The notes under the pieces: generated by a model
Seen by the model: the letters and a program-made list of their open reading frames with translations, nothing else
Told to the model about the DNA's origin: nothing
Databases searched by the model: none
Part shown: one piece after another, positions 54,300 to 64,000 of the stretch
Numbering within the stretch: the stretch's first letter is position 1
Layout of the letters: every line of letters starts with the position of its first letter
Program-made: the position numbers and the translations under genes
Assembly (NCBI GenBank): GCA_973895155.1
Contig: OZ316897.1
Location: forward strand, 1,762,515-1,826,514
Length of the DNA: 64,000 nt
Reading direction: 5' to 3'
Origin: Marsupella aquatica
Taxonomy: Eukaryota; Plantae; Marchantiophyta

Positions 54300-56900
54300 C
54301 AATCATTTGGCTAACAGTCCCCCATCTGTCTTGCAATGAAATAGTGCACAAAAGTCTTGAAAGTGTCTGTCAGCGCCGTGTTTCGAGAGGTGAAACAATT
54401 CTCCAAACCACATACAAAGATAATATAGAAAGCTTAAACTTGGCAAATTTTGTGTAGATTTTCCACATACAATTCAGTGAAGTCAACGCAAAGCTGAGTC
54501 TTAACCACATGTGCTGTGTTTCATAGACAGTTTAACTGGCCCTTCCAATGCATGTCATCGCTAGCAAAAAAAAGCTATAAGATGTGATGAGGAAAGTATT
54601 TCTTGGGTGGACAAGATATGTGGTGGTGAGGATGACAGGCAAGTCTTGACTTCGTTACAGAAGAAGAGATATTAAGATAACGTAAAAACCTGCTGATCCG
54701 ATCATCTCTTTAGCAAAGATATATCTCTTAACTAGTGAGAACAAGGCATGGACAGCCTCGACACCAGACTCATAGATGTTGCAAAACTTAAAGAGTCAGA
54801 AAGATGGTCAGAAACAAGAAAGAGAAGATGTAGCCAAGTTGAGAAGGAAGCGGAGTAGTTTACATTGCATGCAACTTGACGATGCGCGATTTCTATATTC
54901 CTTTGCACGACAAAATACGTGAAAAGATTCTTGCGTTGTGCAACGCATTACCAAGGCCTTTGGAGACGGGATCTGGGATCATGAAGGAAATCATGAACGA
55001 AATCTTTCACAGCAGGTCGTATAGTGAAAGCACACATCACAATGCAGTTAAATGCTAGTAAATCAGTAAGGAAAGTAACCAAGGAGCTTAAGTCATCCAG
55101 GTGTGAAATGAAGCAAAAATGTTGGCTGTCATCAACCAGTTGACAAACCAAATTCATGGGGGATTGATAGCATTGAGGCCACAATATTTACAACACAGCA
55201 GGGACTGGGTCAATCAAACTTGTACAGCATTGGTGCATGCATTCTAGAAATATGGTCTCCTGAAGACCAAGGCAAAGGAGGTGTGATTAAATTGATCCTA
55301 AAATCAGGTGAGGGAACAATCGACACTGGAGGACGCTATCAATGTTAAAATTCGCTTATGAACCATAATTGACAATGTACTTAATTTCCAGATGTGCGAG
55401 GTGTATTTTTGGTCACCCGGCAGTAAATCATGTTTCTCGAACTTGACTTCCCGGAGGCATTTGATATTTGAGGTACTCACAGCAATGAATATACAAGCCT
55501 TTATTCTGTGAGCAGATCGGAGGACTAATCATGCAGGCACAGTCCATTATTCATGTGAATGGAGAATTTACTTCACCAATAGCACCTGAAAGGAGGCGAG
55601 GCAAGGCTACCCGTTTGTCACACTTGAAGCGACCAATTGCATTTTGAAGGGGAACGAGGCAAGGCTGCCCCTTGTCACCAATGTTGTTTGTACATTTGAT
55701 CAACTATCCAAGTACTTGCTCGCTGAGAAACTGTCCAGAGGAGAAATTAATAGCACACAGATCGACAAATTGAGGGAGGCTGTAGCGATATTTCTCCGCG
55801 ATAATGCCTGGGCAGGCCTTTGCAGCACCCGGAGAAGTAGAAAGCAATATGCAAATTTTGAGGAGATGAAAAGTCTCAGAGTAAATGTGAGAAAGTTCAA
55901 ATAAGCACCAACGGGGAATCAGCACGACCCGGATTGGTATCAAGTCACGCGATGTAAAGTCACCAAGGAAAGAGAAAATCTAACAGCGGGAGCATAACGG
56001 TGAAGGAGATTGACTTCATCCTGGGTGATGCCAGGAAACAATTACTCACTTTGCTACTCGTCTACGTACCTTTGCAGGGCTTCGACAAGCTGGAAGAAGG
56101 AAGTAGAACAATCCTGTAGGCCCACAAGTCCAAAGGATTACCAACTAAAGAAATCTTTGGTAGCATGGCCAGAAATTACCAGTACGAAGGAGTGGAATTC
56201 TGTAGGGAGAAGCTGGGCAGGAGTGGGACAAGCCAGTGTGTGGCATGGTAGTCTGTGACACGAGGACCTGGACAAGAGGAAGGCAGTGTGTTACTAGGCT
56301 TAAGAGGCTGGTGGGACAACAAGGCAGGCAGTGTGCGACATGCTTGTATGTGACAGAACTTCATCGTTCAATGCAATGTGAGAATGATATCACAAAGGAA
56401 TAAATTATTTGCTTCAGTATTCCTAGCGCGTGTGAACATCACTTCATCGTTCAAAGCAATGGAGAAGACATTTTGCAGGGAAGGTATTTGGGGATTACCT
56501 GATGCCAATGTAAAATCATCAACACGATTTACTCGACTGGGTTGCGACAAGCTGGGACAAATATGCAGAACATTCCCTATGGGGACGCAATTCGAAAGGA
56601 TTACCAATGAAAACAATCTTTGGTAGCAACTACCATTAGGTAAGCAGAGGGAGGAGCGGCAATACTTCCTTTTGAAGCACAGACTACAACAGGATTCCGC
56701 GTATCTTACTGCACGAAGATACTTCACGGATCCATGTCACGTCTCTTCATCACACGAGGGCTCGCTCGGGTCCAGATTGACAGGAAACAAGATTTTTGGC
56801 AGCAGCGCTTGCAATTTTGTTGAGGCCAGATCTAAAATTGAAAGGTTGCGCAATCACAGGGTAGGTATCCCCTCGCAAAAACATTCAGTGGTTAGGCAGT
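54300..56900 (+). mobile_element. Ancient, highly degraded L1-type LINE ORF2 remnant; boundaries approximate
   Basis: Fragments appear in order: GGVIKLILKSG (~55277), MFLELDFPEAFD (~55431) and IIHVNGEFTSPI..RQGYP (~55545). Trp-rich C-terminal pieces follow, with many stops and frameshifts. Confidence 0.65.
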
Positions 56901-57038
56901 AGACTACTATCGGCTCTCCAGATTCATAGCTGAATGAACTAATTTTCCAAATAGTGTAGGTCATAGCTCAGGGCTGTAGTTCGAAACACCAAGCTCGACG
57001 CAGTTCAGAATCTAGAATTTTCAGAGCCTTCGAACTGC

Positions 57039-58142
57039 TCAAATCGCAGCATTCAGAGCGGGAGACTGGAAATCTGTTTCTTCCGCACCCGAAGCAGAGG
57101 CAACATGGGAATCCAGCCACTGAAAAATCACGTCGTTTGCCGCACTCGTGAACGAGTGCATGGCGTATGCCATCAGTAGTTCCTGCGACACATGATCTAT
57201 AAGGCAAAGATGCCCAGTCGCCGCACAGTAGGGCAACGCATTTGCCTTCAACAGCACGGATTCGAAGTCCTCAATGAAGGGGTTCTTCATGACATAGCCG
57301 TCCGTATCTATCCAGTCGGCAGCTTCCAGTGCGGCGTAGATCGACTGAGACATCTCGTCGGTCATGCACAGTATGCGCTCCGTGAAGAAGAGAGGGGAGA
57401 GCGGCTGCGGAAAGCAAGGAGTTTTCGCTACCTCCACTCCTCGCGCTGCGAGCATCGCCATCGCCTCCAGTTCCTCATTCGTGATGTTAAGGACAGGAAC
57501 GGATACGTCACGAGGCATATAGGCGAAGAGAGTGGCTGGAAAACTCAGCGGAGTCGCCAAAGCTAACACTTCTGGGTTCCCTGCTCCGCACATCAGGACA
57601 CTCGCCCGCATGCGAAGGGTCCGAGACAAGGCAGTTACGAGAAAGGTGCCAGCCGAATGACCCCAGGCCGTCAGCGGCAGGGTTTCCAACGAATGTTGCT
57701 CCATCCATTCTCTGAGGATCGTAGACACATCCTGCGAGGCACTCTCAAACCCCGTCACCGATATGACGGCGTACCCTCGCTGGATGGCTCCCAGCACAGC
57801 CGTCCGGCACTCAGGCATTCCATAGCATTGCACGCAATTCGGCCCCGGATCGAAATATTGTAACGACTCCTTGTTAGCTGCGTGTGCCATGAACAGAACT
57901 GCCTTGGGAGCGGCTGGAATTTGCCATACCACATCGTGTCCATAGCGCAGTTCGTAAGTTGGATCCATAGCTTCATCCCTCAGGGAACATGGATGCTCGC
58001 TGTTTGGGTCGAAGCCTTCGTTTGCTATAACTTTCACTACCGTGATCCGAAGCACTGGCAGTAGCAGTAATAGATGCAGCAGACGGGCCACCGACGTGTT
58101 GAGCCTCGTTCCGTGCTTGACCCCGACGCCCATTCTCGCCAT
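57039..58142 (-). CDS. Uncharacterised plant alpha/beta-hydrolase-fold protein with an N-terminal hydrophobic signal or anchor, single exon, 367 aa
   Basis: The segment LLHLLLLLPVL is hydrophobic. VVWQIPAAPKAVLFMAH, CVQCYGMPE, RGYAVISV, the nucleophile elbow WGHSAG, TLFAYMPRD and YAMHSFTS...IFQWLDSH resemble a conserved plant family. Confidence 0.8.
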   Translation of the reverse strand: MARMGVGVKHGTRLNTSVARLLHLLLLLPVLRITVVKVIANEGFDPNSEHPCSLRDEAMDPTYELRYGHDVVWQIPAAPKAVLFMAHAANKESLQYFDPGPNCVQCYGMPECRTAVLGAIQRGYAVISVTGFESASQDVSTILREWMEQHSLETLPLTAWGHSAGTFLVTALSRTLRMRASVLMCGAGNPEVLALATPLSFPATLFAYMPRDVSVPVLNITNEELEAMAMLAARGVEVAKTPCFPQPLSPLFFTERILCMTDEMSQSIYAALEAADWIDTDGYVMKNPFIEDFESVLLKANALPYCAATGHLCLIDHVSQELLMAYAMHSFTSAANDVIFQWLDSHVASASGAEETDFQSPALNAAI

Positions 58143-58306
58143 TACTGATCACAACACCAGAAAGGATGTTCGGTGTTTCTCTCGATGGATGTGAGCGAGA
58201 TATTTCCAGGCAAGAAATCAATGGACGCACCGACGTAGAGAACTTTCTAAATTATTGTCGCACCACGAGATCGAGTCCCTACTCCAGCCAATCTTCTCAC
58301 TACAGG

Positions 58307-58590
58307 ACTGCAAAATGGCACAGTCACAGTCGCCATCGGACTGAAGTCGAGAAACGAAACTGGAATGCAGAATTGTTGTCAATCAGTCGTCGATTAAAGT
58401 GATTAGAGCACGAGGGTCTGCAAATTGGCACACAGTGGCCATATTGTTGTCAATCAGTCGTCGATTGAAGTGATTAGAGTACGAGGTCTGCAAAATGGCA
58501 CACAGTCGCCATCGGACTGAAGTCGAGAAACGAAACTGGAATGCAGAATGTTTTGTCAATCACTCGTCGATTGAATTGATTAGAGCACGA
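58307..58590. repeat. Tandem partial triplication upstream of the hydrolase gene
   Basis: CTGCAAA.TGGCACA...TTGTCAATCA.TCGTCGATT.AA.TGATTAGAG.ACGA occurs three times. GCCATCGGACTGAAGTCGAGAAACGAAACTGGAATGCAGAAT occurs twice. Confidence 0.88.
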
Positions 58591-59543
58591 TCAACTGGTG
58601 CGATACTGCGATGGGAAGGAGTCCTCAACAAGGGCTCTGGGGGCGATGTTATAGTCGAATTGGTCGAGCACATCGACCAGTTGGAATTCATGGTTGAGAC
58701 TCTCAATCACAGAAGATGGTTGATCGGGAGTGATCCCGCGGTGCGTCAGCGATGTAGCGCTCCGTGAAACCCGGTGGATGAGAGGGGAGTGGATGAGAGG
58801 GGGCTGGATGCGTAACACTTAGCTTTTCCAACAGGGAGGGGCATGTAACTTTTTGAGCGGGTGTATTACAACTTACTTCTTGACCCCCCGCGCGGCCTTC
58901 CCGCCCTGCCGTTTGAGATTAAAATTTCCAACCAGCACCAATTCTCAGCCACTCGGGATTTTGTCCCGTATTAACAGCTACATTAACAGCTTGATTCCAT
59001 TTCACTCCTCGCGTGTCGCTTCCTAACAGCTAGCCGAGAATTACTTAGGGTAATACGACGATGTTCAAACATACCGACTGACCCCTCGCTTAGCGATTTG
59101 CAAAATCCTTGCCACTTGATACAACATTTTACGAAGAAATTGCACATCCACGTTACGTTTGTTGCGTTTTTGCACACTTGCACACTGAAACTGACGGCAT
59201 CTACTTCCAACTCAGTCTGCACTGCGGGGACGAAATTCTCAGCTGGCACGTTCGCTGTGGCCTAACCGGAAGTTCATTTTCGCTCGGACATCGCCCATCT
59301 GGTTAAATCGAATTCAATCGGCATTGAATCAGCTGGCATTGAATCAGCTGTACACTTGGACCGAGCTCGAGCAGCACGCGAGCGCGGAGGGTCAAGGGAT
59401 TAGGTTTCCTTTGAAGCTGCTTTCTATTCTTGGTCTTTCACGTCAGCACGTCCAAGGAACTGTGCCAAGGTGCAGGACTGCCTTTCTTCTCGAAATTACT
59501 GCTCGCATCCCCAAATTTCCCACGATCAAATCTGCAGGGTGAC

Positions 59544-61318
59544 ATGGCCAGCACCTCATCTCGACAGTCAAAACGCGGTACACCTTCCCACTCTGCGAAT
59601 TCCAGGCACCATGTTGCAGCGTCGATTGCTCCTACCGATCAAGCACACAGTAATCGTCGCCCTCCTACCATTCCTACCGTCCTCACACACGAGATCTTCT
59701 ACATCCCAAAGGAGATCCTTCAGCTTGGGACGAAACGGATTTATGGCAACAAGGTGGTACTTGCTTTCGAATCAGAATTTGATACCCGTCTTGCTGGGGA
59801 TTGGATTTCGGCATACAATCAAGAGCACGAGATTAAGTTGTCACTACACGATGAGCTACCCCAGGCTCTTTTTGTAGTACAATTTGATGCAAATTTGGGG
59901 GACCACATCAAACAAAGCTTATTGAATGCATCCCCCCTTAAGGCGCTGGACCGGTTTGCAGCTGTGAACAACTACACACCCAATTTCGACCCATGCAACA
60001 CAACGGAATTCAAGCACCTGGTCTCTGTCTACATCAAGCAAGGCAACCCGGAGATCTATGAATACATCAAATTTGTGGTAGCACCCATTGGACGCTTCAT
60101 TCGGGCGAAACAAGCCCCAGGCACCGAACACCACACATCTCAGCGATAGTGGAGACCACTCTTAAGGTCTTTCCTGCAACTGGTAAATTCCAACTCAGTA
60201 GCCCTGGCATTACTACTGTCCATTTTGACTACATTGGACGCAATCTCCGCTGCTGCTTTTGCTTCTCATACAGGCATTTCGCCTCCAAATGCCTGCTGCC
60301 ACGTCCATCTTTCTTCAAGGGCCACACTCTCCACTTTAACGCTCCAGGCGAAGAGGCGGTACACCCAATTTCGTCATCCACCACAAAGCAGCAAAAGGTG
60401 AGTCTGGACGCGGTGGTGTTCCACCAGTGTCAAGAGAAGGCAGAGAAGGCTCGGGCGGAGGCCGAATACTGGAGGGGCCGGGCAGAAGAGCAACAACAAC
60501 GCGAAGAGGCTGAATTGCTGAATCTAGCAGCAAGGGCTGCCACTTTTGAGGCTGAACAGAATAGCAAAAGCGAGATCTCAACACCAACTGCAACCCAGGG
60601 GTCCAGCAGATCGAAATCCTCCAATCCTTCCAGGCAAATCCAGCGCAGAGCTAAACATCGACCATCACTGAAGCTCCGAAGGCAGCTGGAAAAATCACAT
60701 TCTGGCTCCCCCCTGGACGCGAGCACACCACAGGGGGCATCGCAACCACAACGGAAGGGGGGCAACAGCGACACCACACACAAGGATGTGGCGGCAACCA
60801 CAGCAGCAGCTTCACACCAAGGAGTAACTCAAGCACAACCAGGGGGCAACGTTGACACTAATCAAGAAGAAGCGGAGGCAACCACCAGGGCTCCAGCGAC
60901 TGATGCAATCCCTGCCCCTCCTCCCTCGAATCCCAGGAAACCACCGAGGAGGGTATGGATTGTCAAACCCACTCAAGCACACGGAGATGCACCACCACCA
61001 ACTGAGGAAGCACTACCGGTTACAATTGAGGTGACCAATTCAACTGTGGTGTCGCCACCACTGCTTTCCACTTCTCCTCAAATCCACATTGACCAAGGGA
61101 ACGTTACCATCCGTAAACGCCAGTTCTCCCAAGAATCTTCGGAGACAGACTCCGATCCGTTACCTCTCTCACCTTGCGACACCCCCTCCAGAGCCAAACG
61201 CAGACTCCGATCCGTTACCTCTCTCACCTTGCAACACCCCCTCCAGAGCCAAACGCCCCAGGCTCTTGGAACCTGCGCATCTCATTTCTACCTGCTACAA
61301 AATTCCCCCGTCTCATAA
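59544..61318 (+). pseudogene. LINE ORF1 (gag-like, CCHC zinc knuckle), frameshifted
   Basis: ATG at 59544 and a frameshift near 60135-60149. CFCFSYRHFASKC contains a Cx2Cx4Hx4C knuckle. A coiled coil and low-complexity tail follow, with a 55-bp duplication at 61146-61255. Confidence 0.75.
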
Positions 61319-63862
61319 TGCTCAAGCTTACCATTCTGACATACAACCTGTGGGGCTTGGCATCAAGGCGACGTCGCCTCCGGGCCAGACTCATCCTGGA
61401 GGGACTCCAGCATTTCCCTGACATCATCTGTCTCCAGGAGCATAAACTTCGTGCTTGCAGGGTCTACAAATTACAAGAAATTTGGCGGACTGCACACTGG
61501 GTCTGTGCTCCAGCAGCGGATGGAGTACACTCAATCCGTAATCACAGGGTGGAGGCTGGAACGGGCGGAATGGCACTTGCCATTAGGCCACATCTGTATC
61601 AATATGTAATTTCTGACGGCGTGCTCGATTGTGGGCGGGCTGCCTGGTGCTGCTTGGTCCATCCTGGGCTTGGACGGGTGGGTTTCCTTGGGATATATGC
61701 CCCTAATTCTTCTGGCGAAAGGACTGATCTCTGGAGAATCCTTTTCAATCGACTTGACCCTTCTTTCACGTGTATCCTACTGGGGGACTTCAATATGATT
61801 GAACAGATCTCGGATCAAAAGGGTGGCATTGGCACGATCATTGCTGGCAGAGAGAGCAGAGCCTGGCGGCACCTTAAGCGGAGACTCCACCTTGTGGACT
61901 CGTTTCAAGAGAACCCCGGCCACCTCCGATTCAGCTGGGATAATAAACGACAATTTCGGCACTCCCCTGGTTCGCAGCAAATTTCACCTGGGGAAGACAG
62001 GGTCCTTAGAAGGCTTGATCGAATCTATTACACATCTCGGGCGAAATTCGAGGTATCCTCTACTATTCTGCCAGGCATCACACTGTCCGATCATGCGCCG
62101 GTAATCGCCTTGCTCACACCCACAATACCCATCAAGAGGCACTCTCTCCATCGCATGAATGCTAGTCACCAATCACAGAGTGACTTCCAGGAACGTATTG
62201 CACTAATGTGGGAACATGAGGAGGAACTTTGCCGTGGCAAAGGTATGAAGCCTGACTTGATCCTGATCCGCTGCCTTAAAAAGGCCCGGAAAATTGATCG
62301 ATGTTGGGGTAAACGTAAGGCAGCGGAGAGGCGGCACAAGGAAGACCTACTTCGTCGCAATTTGGCTTTTGCCCAGTTCCAACTTGAACTGGAACCGCAG
62401 AACTCTATCAACCAGGAATCCCTGAAGGAGGCGGAGGCCATGCTGCTGGATTTTGAAGCTGAGAGGGTCCGCTGGATGGATTACATTTTGCAGTCACAAT
62501 GGATTGGGGAGGGAGACAAATGCTCCAAACTTTTCTTTAGCAGCTTTGGGGGACTGGCTATGAATAAGGAAATTACCCACCTTTTCACCCCCGAGGCACA
62601 AATCGTTAGTGAATGGGATGATCTTGCCAGCACTGCCACCTAATTCTTCCAGAAAATCCTAGGCAACTCTGCAGGCTTCAACTGGGAGCAGGTGGCACGG
62701 GTGCTTCACCTCCAATCCAAGCGCATCACTAGGGAGGATCTCCAGTTGCTGAATGAACCACTCACTTTGGATGAGCTTGGGAGAGCAGCTGCTGCTCTGT
62801 CCAACAACAAATGCCCTGGGCCGGATGGAGTTCCAGTGTCCAACAACAAATGCCCTGGGCCGGATGGAGTTCCAGTGGAATTTTTTGTTGCACATTGGCA
62901 CACAGTGGGCTCCTCTCTCCACGCAGCTCTATTACAAGGAATGCAGGACGGGGCTTTCTCTCCGGAAATCACACGGGGCCTTATTGTTCTCCTTCCCAAG
63001 AAGGATGATCAGAGGTCTTTGGCAAATAAGCGCCCCATCACCTTGCTCAATGTTGCCCATAAGATTGGAGCAAAGGCTTTTCAAATGCGTCTCCTTCCGG
63101 TCCTGCAGAGGATCATTTCCCCTCAACAATTTGCTTTCTTACCGGGGCGCAATATTCATCATTCTCTCATGCTTCTCAACGAGACGCTACACCATGCTGA
63201 GCAGTCCGGGATGGATTACATCCTTCTGAAATTAGACATCATCAAGGCCTTTGACAAGCTTGAGTGGCACTTCCTGCTACTGCTTATGGAGAAAATGGGG
63301 TTCACGGGAATGATCCTGAATTTTTTGGCAGCCACCCACGCCTCAGCAACCTCAGCTGTACTGATCAATGGGAGAATGACATCACCATTCAATTTGGCAC
63401 GTTCAGTTAGGCAGGGCTACCCCCTTTCCCCTGACTCTGCTGTTCCTAATAGCAATTGACTCTCTTAGCGTAATGTTAGACGGGGAGGTCAGACAGGGAT
63501 TAATTCAAGGGGTGGATATCCAGCACCTGGCGGTCCACAATGTACACAACCTGTTTGCTGATGATGTAACGTTGCTCATTCGTGCGGTGATGCATTTTGT
63601 TGAAAGATGCAAGATTGTTCTCGATGTTTTCGGCCTGGCCTCTGGCCTCTTTTGTGCCTGGGAGAAAACCAGGGCTGCTTTTGTATCGCCGAATAGGATT
63701 CCAATTGAGTTCAAACGACTACCATGGAAATGGGAGGATGAACACAGTGCCACTAAACTTCTTGGGATCCCTCTCGCGCAAAACATCTCCAAACAGCAAA
63801 TGGTTCTGTCCCTCACCGAGAAGTTGGAATCTCGCTTGGATAGGGTAAACCACATCTCCTAG
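61318..63862 (+). pseudogene. LINE ORF2 (AP endonuclease + reverse transcriptase) with inactivating lesions
   Basis: APE motifs: TYNLWGL, DIICLQEHKL, GIYAPN, LLGDFN, RLDRIY, SDHAPV. RT motifs: KCPGPDG, RPITLLN, QFAFLPGR, LKLDIIKAFD, VRQGYPLSP, LFADD, LLGIPL. Lesions: in-frame TAA at 62641, 39-bp duplication at 62800-62877, frameshift near 63432, stop at 63862. Confidence 0.92.
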
Positions 63863-64000
63863 ACAGACCTTTCGGGTGAACAATGGTTGTCTTCACCACC
63901 AAGAAAACTTTGCCCCACCCACAGAGGCGCTCTTACATCGGGTGGTTGTCAAGATGCACGACACTGATGCTGCACATCGACTTCGTATTGGAAGACCGAT

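Larger units (their letters stand above)
59544..64000 (+). mobile_element. L1/Tx1-type LINE (ORF1 + APE-RT ORF2), disrupted, extending beyond the window; 5' boundary unresolved
   Basis: ORF1 carries a CCHC knuckle. ORF2 carries an APE endonuclease and an RT domain (see the two sub-features). Confidence 0.92.

Overview
Eukaryotic land-plant nuclear DNA. Gene style, long intron-bearing leaders and TE content suggest a bryophyte, probably a liverwort; this is inference. The first ~32 kb is gene-rich: a shugoshin-like gene (+), CKS1 (+), a TMEM115/rhomboid-like-19 gene (-), a 9-exon plastid coproporphyrinogen III oxidase (+) and a RIN4/NOI-family gene (-). Shugoshin, CKS1 and RBL19 all have intron-free coding sequences. 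From ~32 to ~57 kb the sequence is repeat-dominated: minisatellites, a tRNA-derived SINE-like family, MITEs, a long fold-back element, two decayed head-to-tail copies of a CRE-like (RLE-type) non-LTR retrotransposon and an old L1 remnant. An intronless alpha/beta-hydrolase-like gene with a hydrophobic N-terminus (-) follows. A younger but disrupted two-ORF L1/Tx1-type LINE runs off the right end. The most notable observations are the CRE-like retroelement pair (with a micro-inversion inside RT and a deleted endonuclease region), the cluster of intronless conserved genes with intron-like repetitive leaders, the SINE family, and a duplicated splice donor in CPOX. I found no CRISPR array, rRNA or intact tRNA. 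All alignments and splice assignments were made by eye.
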